From Tubiluchus corallicola (lineage: Eukaryota > Animalia > Priapulida), in assembly GCA_030141605.1 (NCBI GenBank), contig JAQGDQ010000937.1:1-64000 (forward strand): a DNA stretch of 64,000 nt, given 5' to 3'. Shown piece by piece: positions 38,701 through 50,076 of the stretch. The position numbers and the translations under genes are program-made. Below the pieces are notes generated by a model. It was not told where the DNA came from. It did no database searches and saw nothing but the letters and a program-made list of their open reading frames with translations. The stretch's first letter is position 1, and each line of letters begins with the position of its first letter.

Positions 38701-40062
38701 TTGTAATAAGCCTATACCGGAAGGCTATGCCTTTCCCTTTTCCACTCAAAAGAAATACTGTTCATATGTCCAAAGCCCTGTTTCTTGTAGCTGAATATCT
38801 ACCAATTTTCATTAGGCAAAGGATTTCGAACCTAGCTAGATTAACTTATAGATTAGTAGAAACAACAGTTATTAAAACATGTGTAGTTCACGTGTATAAG
38901 TTATATTTTACAACAATATAGTGTGGAAATATAATCATGTGATATTATGTAGACCTCAAACTAAAACACAAATAATTAACAATCATTATAACTGGTCAGT
39001 CGTTGAGGTGATTTTGTGGTAAATACAGATGCCTACCCGCCTTGTGGATTGTCAAGCACTCTGCCTTCTATGTAAAACGTTGCGTTCACTTTAGCGCCAC
39101 CATAGATTGTTTGCTTGTACGGCATACTAGTCGAACCCAGAAGTGGAATTAGATACATAGGCCTCTACAAGTATAACAAATATTATTAAACTGTTTTCCT
39201 TATGGTCAATCGTAGGATTATCGACTTGACTAGAAAGAAGTTAGTCTCAGTAAAATTTATTACTCTTGGCGTGGGAACAATATGTTTGTCTTGAAAATAG
39301 GTGAATACGTTGTTAATAAGTTTTAAATAGAAAAAGCAAAATTTGAATATTTTAACATGATTTAAAAAAAGAGCTCAAATTTCTGAAGAAACAAAAAATG
39401 CACTTTGTCTTTTAAGTTTTGTTGTTTCTTACATTAGAAAAATGTGTTCAATATATTTTGCTGATAATTTAATTACTTTTTCATTCAGAACTTGAATTGA
39501 TAAACAGCTTTATTGACAACACAACCACATCAATACAATAAAAGCGTACAATCATTATAATATAATTATAACTTTTGCATTTTTTGGGCATGACGAATAT
39601 CAAGCATGAAATGGATTTGGACGGTGACTGCTAAGATGTGTTTAATTTATGGATACATTTAAGCTAGTGTTACTTGTATTTAAGGCTCTTCATGACGAGG
39701 CACACGATTACATTTGTGACTTGATTCGTCTAACAAATTTAAACTGATATCGTATCAGATCAACTGATGACTTTTTGCTTACGGTTCCTAGAGTGCGCCA
39801 TTGCAGGAGCAGCCTATGGAACAGTTTATCTATCCACACCGGACACTTTCGGTCATTAACGCTCTTAAAATACAGGTCAATGCATACGTATTTAAAATAG
39901 CATACAATTTTTGAAGTGATCAAATTATTTGCCGATGCTTGTACATTATGAATCTGTTTGTTTTTATGTATTTACTTATTGTAATTTATTGTAATTTCAT
40001 GAAATTTAGTTGGCTTACTGTTTAATCTAGTAAACCTTTTTTTAATTAATAGTAACAACAAC

Positions 40063-40112
<50 letters not shown>

Positions 40113-40202
40113 CAACAACAACAACAATAATAATAATAATAATAATAATAATATTGTTGTTGTTGTTGTTGTTGTTGCTGTTGCTGTTGCTGTTGCTGTT
40201 GT

Positions 40203-40237
<35 letters not shown>

Positions 40238-40256
40238 TTGTTGTTGTTCTTATTAT

Positions 40257-40303
<47 letters not shown>

Positions 40304-42166
40304 TTGTTGTTGTTGTTGTTGTCATTACAGCAATATTACACACAAACACTGGTGTAAGGTTCAAGTACTTACGTTAGCTTTCAGCTTCTCGTCATACACA
40401 TACACCATACTGTCGGTTAGATCAAAAGGTTTTGCTACAAAATACAAAAACGAGCAAATTGAGCTTCAGCATTAATTTATTGCATTATTGTTACTTCTTC
40501 ACTCCGTAATAATTTAATGTTCAGATCTGTGCTTGCATTTTAGTTACATTATCAACTAAACTTCTTTATCAACCACCTGGGTCATCAAACTCAAAGCAAA
40601 AATTGATGTTTGAGACAATAATAGTAACTTTTAAAAGTAAAGGAAACTCGGGCCCAGTCTTAAACTATGGCTCGAAACAGTCTACTATTACTAAATATTG
40701 AAAGGGGAACATACTATCTTTACACTATCTTTACAAGAATGACTTACGACAGATGCATAATTTTGCATCCGCCCGGCTAGTCTTTCGCCATTTGCTAGTT
40801 AGAGGGCTCTAGCGTCTAACTCTCGAAAACGCGTTGTGTCTCTGAGTTTAGAATTGTAGAATGTTCAGTTGTGACGTTCAGTAGTGCACACGTTCGACTG
40901 CTCATGCAGTACAGCAGTAAATAAGAAATGGAAATTTCAAACTTACAATGTTCTGAAGTTTTGTATATCACACTGAATGTTGTGCTGTAGGACTGTACTT
41001 CAATTTTGACTTTCACAAATACATGCAACAGGCTCATAGAATGTTTGTGCTGTTGAAAATTACATTCATTTGTGACGTCATAGCTAGTTGGGCTCGCTCG
41101 CCATTAATTAAGGTTCTTACCCATTATTTAATTATCACAAACGCTTTGGCATCATCATAGGTGTTACCTGCGTGCTTTTTACTGCTCTTCAAAATGGGGT
41201 AGGACATGAAAAATCGTTGGCTTTCCCTTTAAAGCACCTTTATCAATGCGATAAATAAGTTCTAATCAGAAGACACCTTTTGCCATGCTCTACCTTTAAC
41301 ACCACTAACAGTCATAGTGCCACCACACAGATTGTTAATCAGCTTTCAATGCTGTTCAAACTGTCTGATGCGGTCTTCTCAAATACCGATCCAAGCTGCT
41401 ACCAATCGACGAACAGACTAACTAAATGACCAACTAGACCAGCATTTCAACCATACAATCACTCAATATTACATTACATTACGTTACGTTACATTACATT
41501 ACGCTACATTGCATTACATTACGTTATATTACGTTACGTTACATTACATTACATTACATTACATTACGTTACATTGCATTACGTTACATTACATTACATT
41601 ACGTTACATTGCATTACGTTACATTACGTTACATTACATTACATTACATTACATTACATTACATTACATTACGTTACATTGCATTACGTTACATTACGTT
41701 ACATTACATTACATTACATTACATTACATTACATTACGTTACATTGCATTACGTAACATTACGTTACATTACATTACATACATTACATTATATTCTAGTG
41801 TAATGCTCCGTTGCAGAGTAATGATGAACAAAAATGGATGAACCCACCTGTTAAATCTGCAATGAAAAAATCAAAATCAGGCATTAAAGTTTTAGCTGAA
41901 CCAGTTGCCTTAGGACCGCATAAGTCACATAAGAAACTGTCATCACTTGGGCCTACACTGAGACCAATACATTCTGGCCGTGTTACACACGAGCGTATAC
42001 AACCCATCATCGATCTAACATTCATCGTCTCAAGTATAAACCCTGTCACATTTTTATCTATTAGCACTTTTTTTAAACTAGTTATGTCAACAACGGCAAC
42101 GGCTAAACTTAACAAGACACACCCTACAGTGAGAAAAAACCTGCTTTCAAATCTTGACCAAGCCAT
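35585..42166 (-). CDS. 5-exon gene: secreted PAN/apple-domain + galectin-like domain protein, 277 aa (join 42166-41848, 40434-40373, 39164-39037, 36355-36167, 35720-35585)
   Basis: All four introns are GT..AG with pyrimidine tracts. Exon lengths 319+62+128+189+136=834 nt give one open frame from ATG to TAA with phases 1,0,2,2. Galectin fold motifs are recognisable across exons 3-5. Confidence 0.88.
36167..36355 (-). CDS. Exon 4: (G)IYIRLRIAKAAPKIVLKINPDFELNHTLLNSRVTGRWGIDEIAPLTLEAGQEFSMEIDMLED(K)
   Basis: Acceptor attcttttag|A, donor AA|gtacgt. Galectin core NP.F..NS...G.WG.E and G..F pattern. Confidence 0.9.
36403..36680 (+). mobile_element. Possible SINE relic with 5S-like internal box (intron 3)
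   Basis: acttatgaaacgctgaacctagtgagtagatgggttggtaaccac loosely resembles the 5S rRNA-derived internal promoter region; weak. Confidence 0.25.
37035..37675. repeat. 21-bp minisatellite (gcatcgtgactttccgtaaga), intron 3, array A
   Basis: Tandem units; 7-aa periodic ORFs (ESHDALT). Confidence 0.95.
38063..38400. repeat. 21-bp minisatellite (gcatcgtgactttctgtaagc), intron 3, array B
   Basis: Same family as array A with a homologous upstream flank. Confidence 0.95.
39037..39164 (-). CDS. Exon 3: RPMYLIPLLGSTSMPYKQTIYGGAKVNATFYIEGRVLDNPQG(G)
   Basis: Acceptor atacttgtag|A, donor GG|gtaggc. Galectin N-terminal pattern PY...I.GG.....F.I.G.V. Confidence 0.9.
40053..40322. repeat. Compound microsatellite (AAT)n/(AAC)n then (GTT)n/(GTTGCT)n
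   Basis: Direct reading; poly-L/poly-T ORFs are artefacts. Confidence 0.95.
40373..40434 (-). CDS. Exon 2 (linker): (A)KPFDLTDSMVYVYDEKLKAN
   Basis: Acceptor tttgtattttgtag|C, donor AAC|gtaagt. Phase 1 in and phase 0 out, exactly bridging exons 1 and 3. Confidence 0.85.
40636..41232. mobile_element. Kolobok-like MITE (intron 1); related copies at ~56320-56620 and ~59705-60120
   Basis: Ends taaaggaaac...ttccctttaa; shares aaatattgaaagg..catactat..aatgacttacg..cgccatt.gctagttaga with the other copies. Confidence 0.55.
41469..41792. repeat. Pentanucleotide satellite (cATTA/cGTTA)n
   Basis: acattacattacgtt runs; HYITL ORFs are artefacts. Confidence 0.95.
41848..42166 (-). CDS. Exon 1: signal peptide + PAN/apple-like domain (MAWSRFESRFFLTVGCVLLSLAVA-VVDITSL...GCIRSCVTRPECIGLSV...CDLC...DFFIADLT)
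   Basis: ATG at 42166, hydrophobic h-region ending AVA, Cx3Cx5C...C spacing typical of PAN modules, donor ACAG|gtgggt. Confidence 0.85.
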
Positions 42167-42780
42167 TGCTTGTATTGTTGTGACACTATGATATTGCAAA
42201 TGTCTGATGCTGTAATTCGATCTTCTGATAAATATTTAACACTTGCTTATCAACGTATATATGTACATTACATGAAACTATACATATTGTACATAATTTA
42301 ATTAAATAATTCATGTGGAGTACGAGGTAATATGCTGAAGTTGCCATGTTTAAAAACCGTACTTGACAACGTGTAATTAAGTATAAAACCTAGGTGAGAT
42401 GCATAGATGATGTCATTAACAATTGCCATGACAACATTACAGGATCAGTGTGGTGTTTGTTCTTTGTGGATGTGGTAAAAGGTCCACCAAAAACGTACGT
42501 CTTCCACTTTGTCAAACGAATCTCGGTAATCATCACAAACTTTGCCTTCAAAACTTTTAATGTTTCATTTTAATTCCATTGATGATGGTGATAATGATGA
42601 ATTTAAATTTCACGTGAGGTTTTTAAACACTGGATCTATTATCGGCGACGGTAATTAACATTTATGATGACGACATTTATGAAAATAACAGTGACAGTGA
42701 CCCTGACAGGCATTTCTAATCGTGATAGTAAACATGATGACGACGACCATGATGAACATGATGATGATGACAGTTTCATT

Positions 42781-43518
42781 TTACCATTGTGACGCCGTGT
42801 TTATAGGTAACGTACTCTGATTCTCAAACTCACGAAAGTCAGACACGACCAACCCATAAACGTTACCATTGTGACGCCGTGTTTATAGGTAACGTGCTCT
42901 GATTCTCAAAGTCACGAAAGTCAGACACGACCAACCTATAAACGTTACCATTGTGACGCCGTGTTTATAGGTAACGTGCTCTGATTCTCAAAGTCACGAA
43001 AGTCAGACACGACCAACCCATAAACGTTACCATTGAGACGCCGTGTTTATAGGTAACGTACTCTGATTCTCAAACTCACGAAAGTCAGACACGACCAACC
43101 CATAAACGTTACCATTGTGACGCCGTGTTTATAGGTAACGTACTCTGATTCTCAAAGTCACGAAAGTCAGACACGACCAACCCATAAACGTTACCATTGT
43201 GACGCCGTGTTTATAGGTAACGTACTCTGATTCTCAAAGTCACGAAAGTCAGACACGACCAACCTATAAACGTTACCATTCAGACGCCGTGTTTATAGGT
43301 AACGTACTCTGATTCTCAAAGTCACGAAAGTCAGACACGACCAACCCATAAACGTTACCATTGTGACGCCGTGTTTATAGGTAACGTACTCTGATTCTCA
43401 AAGTCACGAAAGTCAGACACGACCAACCTATAAACGTTACCATTGAGGCGCCGTGTTTATAGGTAACGTGCTCTGATTCTCAAAGTCACGAAAGTCAGAC
43501 ACGACCAACCTATAAACG
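42781..43518. repeat. 82-bp tandem repeat, 9 copies
   Basis: ttaccatt starts at 42781, 42863, ... 43437; units are near identical. Confidence 0.97.
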
Positions 43519-43570
43519 AGGTGTAACACGTGGTTCTGGGGTTCCATAGTGTCAGATTATTTACTACTAC

Positions 43571-43611
<41 letters not shown>

Positions 43612-44219
43612 TTTATTTTTTAAAAACTATGTACAAAATACCTTCAATAGAGATATGTTTAAAATTTCTAAAAGCATTTATAACGTATTAAACCTATTCA
43701 CATATATATAATTTAGAATCCAACGCATGAGACACAATGAACGACAACGATCATATACAATAGACATAGTTACAAATTATAATCCATCACTACATACATA
43801 CATAATAAACGATAACGAACATATTTTACTACTTAGTAACAAAAACTTACACACATTGTACACAATGAAAAACAACGAGTGCAATTATAATTAACACAAT
43901 TACCAATTCTAATGTAAATTCACATAATCATAAATAAAAACAAAACAACGTATAGAAAACACGACGAGAGTTGTAAAATTTCATCACCAACAGACTGCTT
44001 ATTTATTTAAATTTGATGCTGCGATAGTTTACCGTTATGTGAAGAACTTAATTCTGTGTAAACTTTGTGAATTAAGCATTATCAATGAATGTGTGATTTA
44101 GTTTACAAGTTTGCCAAATTAATTGCCAGTAATTTGAAATGTATGTCATGCTGTAGCCTATACAGGTACACAATCTGAGCTTGATCTACTATGCTGTTAA
44201 CACTGAATCTGTGACGACA

Positions 44220-45185
44220 GTGCTGCCATCTCTCAACTGAAATAAAAACAGTTTACACTGCCCTGTAACAAAGCTTTATAATATTTGTGGAATACTGGTC
44301 TTAAATGCATCCACTGTTATGCGCACAGTAAACCCATCAGACACTGCACGGTGCTGCCATCTCTCAACGAAAATAATATAAAAATAGTTTACACTGCCCT
44401 GTAAGAAAGCTTTATAATTTTTGTGGAATACTGGTCTTAAATGCATCCACTGTTATGCGCAAAGAAAATCCATCAGACACTGCATAGTGCTGCCATCTCT
44501 CAACTAAAATAATATAAATACAGTTTACACTGCCCTGTAACAAAGCTTTATAATATTTGTGGAATACTGGTCTTAAATGCATTCACTGTTATGCGCACAG
44601 TAAACCCATCAGACACTGCACGGTGCTGCCATCTCTCAACGAAAATAATATAAAAATAGTTTACACTGCCCTGTAAGAAAGCTTTATAATTTTTGTGGAA
44701 TACTGGTCTTAAATGCATCCACTGTTATGCGCAAAGAAAATCCATCAGACACTGCATAGTGCTGCCATCTCTCAACTAAAATAATATAAATACAGTTTAC
44801 ACTGCCCTGTAACAAAGCTTTATAATTTTTGTGGAATACTGGTCTTAAATGCATCCACTGTTATGCGCACAGTAAACCCATCAGACACTGCACGGTGCTG
44901 CCATCTCTCAACGAAAATAATATATAAATAGTTTACACTGCCTAGTAACAAAGCTTTTATAATTTTTGTAGAATACTGGTCTTAAATGCATCCAACTAGT
45001 GTGCGTACAGTAAACGCATCAGACCCAGCACTGTGCTGCCAGCTGGTAACAAAAATAATATAAAAACAGCTTACACTGCATGTAACAAACCTTTATATTT
45101 TTGGTGGAGTGCATCTGACTATTGTGCGCACTAAGCCCATCACACATTGCATAGTGCTGCCATCTCTCAACTAAAATAATATATG
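44220..45185. repeat. 136-bp tandem repeat, about 7 copies with alternating variants
   Basis: gtgctgccatctctcaac at 44220, 44351, 44487, 44623, 44759, 44895, then degenerate copies. Confidence 0.95.
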
Positions 45186-45195
45186 AAAATGTATG

Positions 45196-45455
45196 TATGA
45201 AAATGAAAGCGTGGGACAGTTTTAATTGCTTTTTAAATGAAAGCGTGGGACAGTTTTAATTGCTTTTTTAAATGAAAGCGTGTGAAAATGTTATTTGTAT
45301 GAAAATGAAAGCGTGGGACCAGTCTTAATTGCTTTCTAAATGAATGCGTGTGAAAATGTTATTTGTATGAAAATGAAAGCGTGGGACCAGTCTTAATTGC
45401 TTTTTAAATGAATGCGTGTGAAAATGTTATTTGTATGAAAATGAAAGCGTGGGAA
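45196..45455. repeat. Short tandem repeat (atgaaagcgtggga modules, up to ~68 bp)
   Basis: aatgaaagcgtg occurs six times. Confidence 0.85.
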
Positions 45456-45687
45456 TGATTTAACTTTCATGTAACCTTCACGTTAGTTGCACGCCCACAC
45501 ACTTCTCACCACCAATTAGCTAATTTGGCGTGCTATTATTACATCACCTGATTGGTCAGTGCCTCAGTGCAAGTTTCCCACACCTGGTTTGGTGGTTTCT
45601 TAAACACGCTCAAATGCGCTCAGCTCGCATTAGAAAGCAAACTACCGTCGAGAGCAGTCACATCCGGTTTTTGTCAAAAAGTGAACT

Positions 45688-46524
45688 CAATTTGTGCTTG
45701 CGTTAATAAGCAAACTAGCGTTGTGCTTTGTCGAAAACGGAATCTATCTCGCAATTTTTGCTTGTGTTAATAAGGAAACTAGCATTGTGCTTTGTCGAAA
45801 ACGGAATCTATCTCGCAATTTTTGCTTGTGTTAATAAGGAAACTAGCATTGTGCTTTGTCGAAAACGGAATCTATCTCGCAATTTTTGCTTGTGTTAATA
45901 AGCAAACTAGCATTGTGCTTTGTCGAAAGCGGAATCTATCTCGCAATTTTTGCTTGTGTTAATAAGCAAACTAGCATTGTGCTTTGTCGAAAACGGAATC
46001 TATCTCGCAATTTTTGCTTGTGTTAATAAGCAAACTAGCATTGTGCTTTGTCGAAAGCGGAATCTATCTCGCAATTTTTGCTTGTGTTAATAAGCAAACT
46101 AGCATTGTGCTTTGTCGAAAACGGAATCTATCTCGCAATTTTTGCTTGTGTTAATAAGCAAACTAGCATTGTGCTTTGTCGAAAGCGGAATCTATCTCGC
46201 AATTTTTGCTTGTGTTAATAAGCAAACTAGCATTGTGCTTTGTCGAAAGCGGAATCTATCTCGCAATTTGTGCTTGTGTTAATAAGCAAACTAGCATTGC
46301 GTTTTGTCGAAAGCGGAATCTATCTCGCAATTTGTGCTTGTGTTAATAAGCAAACTAGCATTGTGCTTTGTCGAAAGCCGAATCTATCTCGCAATTTGTG
46401 CTTGTGTTAATAAGCAAACTAGAATTGTGCTTTATTGAAAGCGGTATCTATCTCGCAATGTGTGCTTGTGTTAAAAAGCAAACTAGCATTGTGCTTTGTC
46501 GAAAGCGGTATCTATCTTGCAATT
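45688..46524. repeat. 64-bp minisatellite, about 13 copies
   Basis: gcaatttttgcttgtgttaataagcaaactagcattgtgctttgtcgaaa.cggaatctatctc, period 45751->45815. Confidence 0.97.
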
Positions 46525-48754
46525 GCATATTTTTCATCACTCGAATAGGTAAGTACACTTTTGTTATCCTAAAGCAGGTTGTTCGTAAATTTGTTTCTCT
46601 TTTTCGAATTTGTTTACTCGAGTTTTGCGAGCAATGTTTCGATATATTATCTAAGGTTATTTATTACGACTCTTGACGCGTATTTGTGTTTATTCTAGAC
46701 GTGCGAAAGAAAAAGGATTTGAGCAAAAAGTTTCGTGTTGTCGGATACGCGCGACTCTGCGATGCAAGTGCCGCACTCGATTCGTTAAAACATTTGATTC
46801 GGCTACAATTGACAAATACGATTATTTATTTATTTATTTACGTGCACTAAATATTCATTTCATACACTTTTATAGAGCATATATTAAGTCTGCTTCTCTT
46901 TTTAAAGAGCGTTGTTGACGACACCAGCGTCAGTGCTGCCAACAACAACAACAACAACAACAAGGTTTTCTTTGACCTCTAATTTGGCAATTTTCTGGTT
47001 TTAACGAGAGAATTACAGGTGTGTCAACATGAGAGCGGATGCTCTCCTTCTCAATAACTTTTTGTGGAGGCGGCTTTTTGGCAGGAGCACTTCCGGTTTT
47101 TCTGTCGAGAGGCCGGCATAGAGTACATGGAGTAAATACTGCTCCGGAGAAGCATGTATTCTTTTTAAAGCTTTGCAGCTCTTGCTTTCTGGCCTGGTAT
47201 GAAGATAACACATGGCCTTGAGTTCATCCCTAGGATGGAAACAGATCATCGAAAAAGTTCAAAAATCTGTAGTTTTTTTGCGTTTATGTGCTGAAGAGAA
47301 AAGTTATGTCATCGTTGTGAAATAAAAGTAAAGAAACTATCGTAAAAGCCAAAGAACATGTCATACACTGTATGCAGTTGTGAAATTCTTAATGTAGCAA
47401 CTTTGCAAGGATGACATCAATTTGTTAAATAACTCACAATAACCAATTTACTAACCTGTTTTAATTTAAATTTAAATTTAATTATTATTTAAATTATTGT
47501 TGGATATTTAGCAAACTGGTACAACTTTAATGCAAAAAAATGAAATTTTGATATAAGAGTTAAACATATCGTACTACATGCTGTTACTTAATGAACAACA
47601 TTTTATTAGTACTTTATTGTAGTTACAGAAACACTGTCAACAGAGGTTAATACCACTGAATGCTTTATTCTAACATAATCAGTACATGAATGTCTCACAG
47701 ATCCCATAAAGTAGCTTAACCTGAGTGTTCAAAGAATAGGTGAGTGAAACAGACAGGTGACTAGCAGGTGAAAAACTGACCAAAACCAAAAGCTTTACAT
47801 TCCCGCCACAGATGGCGCCTCGTGCACGAATATGTAAGTAAGTTTAACAAAAAAAGCTAAGTCTGCTACATTTATACTTCAGCAGGCATAGTGCAGTTTT
47901 TGGATAATTTCATAGCATTTATAATTGAAATCATTGACTGAGATTATTTAAAATGACATTCTTATAAATGAACGTTTTTAAATCAAAGAGAAATACACTT
48001 CGTCTTGGATTTTTGACATTTAAATCTACAGCATTTTTTATAAAAAAGCTGGAATAGTAGAACTCTGTTAATAATAAATAACTGAAGCAACTAAAGTAAT
48101 GCACAGAATCCGTGCCGTTGCTACAGTGTAAAGCTGATACAAAGTTTGTTAAAACCAAAAGACGAAAAACGATTTTTTAAAAACTTAGTTTTAAGTGCGA
48201 ACTCACTACTCAAACGGGTATATGAAAAAAAATTATGACATAGCTTTTATCCATCATATTTAGCATAAATCATCCAAAAAAATTTTCTCAATTGCAAAAG
48301 ACAAATAAACCTCAAATGAATTGAACAAACTTGTTATTGGCTCCTGATTTCTCATTCTTGGAGGTCTTATTCTGTTCAGAGCTTGACGTTGACTCGCTTA
48401 GTGCTAAAGCTTTTCATAGTCATTTACGGTGCAGTAGGAGTGAATAAAAACACAACTAATAAAGTAAAAAATGATATTAGTTACAGCAAAATACACCTAT
48501 CTAAAAAAACTAAAGCACACTTTTACAAGTAGAATCTTATCAAAATAAACATAGCATAGAGGTAATATACACACGTAACTTAACATAGACACAAAACCAT
48601 CTCACAGTACAAAAAATTATTGCATCAAAAGATTGTTGAATAGCGAATCTATTATGTTGTAAAAAAAACTTTCTTGAAGGACAAAATGGCCGCTTAGAAA
48701 CATTACATTGATCAGCATTCAGATGGATAAGCTTGTGAGACATTTGCAAAATTT

Positions 48755-48823
48755 GTTGAGGGATCTTGTGGAGGGATCATGTTGAGGGATCTTGTTGAGG
48801 AGGGATCTTGTTGAGGGATCTTG
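48755..48823. repeat. 13-bp repeat (gagggatcttgtt), about 5 copies
   Basis: Direct reading. Confidence 0.85.
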
Positions 48824-49534
48824 ACTTCTTCAACTCACTGCTCAAACCTATCTAGGTCTACTCCCAAGATTACGAGTTGGCAAAACCCACGACATTTCCA
48901 CATTAAAATTTGACGGTATGACTAATTCACTAATACATCGGTAGTACTTTCATGTAACATGTCAATCCGTACCATTATTTGTTGTTTCACCCCACTCCCC
49001 GCCCCCCACCCCCTAGAGAAGACTATAAGCCACGCGATATAATTTGCAAACCAGAAGAACATTTCATAGACCGGGGAAAAAGCGATTGCGCCATCTAGCG
49101 GCGGCAACCTGAATTACTTCTACAACCCGAAACACGTTGTACAGACGAACGAAGGTAAACTATAGCTGCCGACTTTCAACATGCTGCGAGCAACAAAATT
49201 GTTTTGACCTAGAAATTTTACTCTTAGTTTCCCGTAGGCAGTGCTATTTCTGAAACAGCGTCTATGTAGCGAAACAGTGAAAGTGGTACTACGGATGTTT
49301 CTCTTGTAACAACTAGTTACACACTACTTAGTAATGGCACCTTTTTTGTTTTATGTAAGCTGTACTGTACGTTGGTACAAAAGGGTTGTGCCATTGGTAC
49401 AAATTTACTAACTTATGAGTCTCTTTTGTGCTTTTAAAAGGACAAATTTGTAAAGATATCATGTAATCATTGTAAGTTTGGACTACACCACCCTAGAATT
49501 TTGTCAACTAATCATTGAGTCGGGCTGACTTGTA

Positions 49535-49802
49535 GTTAGTCAGTCAGTCAGCTGGTGAGTCACTCAGAAGTAATTAGTCAGTCAGTCGGTCAGCCGGTCA
49601 ATCAGTCAATCAGTCAGTCAGTCATTCAGTCGGTATGTCAGTCTGTCATTCATGCATTCATCTGTTATTGAATATTCACCACACAGCTATTCAGGCAGTC
49701 AGTTAATTAGTCAGTATGTCAACAAATTCAATCACTTACTTGGTGAAACAATCAGTCAGTCAGTAAGTAAGTCAGTCAGTCAAATAGGCAGCCAGCCAGC
49801 CA
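49535..49802. repeat. Degenerate (AGTC)n microsatellite
   Basis: gtcagtcagtca tracts. Confidence 0.85.
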
Positions 49803-49861
49803 ATTAAAGTTAAAGCGCCTGAAAATTGCACTGCCAGTGAAGGTAAAAAACATTGTTACAG

Positions 49862-50003
49862 AATCCTGGGCCTAGATGGCATACGTGTAGTAGATGCATC
49901 AGTTGCCCCGGCAACCATATCCACAGGTACACATGCTGTAGTTGTCATGGTAGCAGAGAAGGCTGCCGGCGAGATAAAGAAGACAATGGTGGGCCAAGTG
50001 TGA
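49862..50003 (+). CDS. Terminal exon of a GMC (glucose-methanol-choline) oxidoreductase: (R)ILGLDGIRVVDASVAPATISTGTHAVVVMVAEKAAGEIKKTMVGQV*
   Basis: Matches the GMC C-terminal signature (V.G..GLRVVDAS..P....N....IMIAEKAA..IK). Acceptor ttacag|A (phase 2), TGA at 50001-50003, AATAAA at 50098. Not present in the ORF track. Confidence 0.88.
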
Positions 50004-50076
50004 TTGACAGAAAAGAATATAAACAATGGGAACAAAATATTTTTTAAAATTGTTTAGAACGTGAACAATATCCGTT

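Noticed and set aside
41811-42191. Plus-strand 126-aa ORF
   Set aside because: Antisense shadow of exon 1 of the PAN-galectin gene.
42820-42845. ctga..gaaa motif in the 82-bp unit as a hammerhead core
   Set aside because: It reads CTGATTCT rather than CTGANGA and has no helix II on either strand.
46930-47249. GC-richer stretch with overlapping ORFs (PCTLCRP; CCCCCCC)
   Set aside because: No family recognised, the Cys run is a (CAA)n microsatellite, and no consistent splice frame was found.
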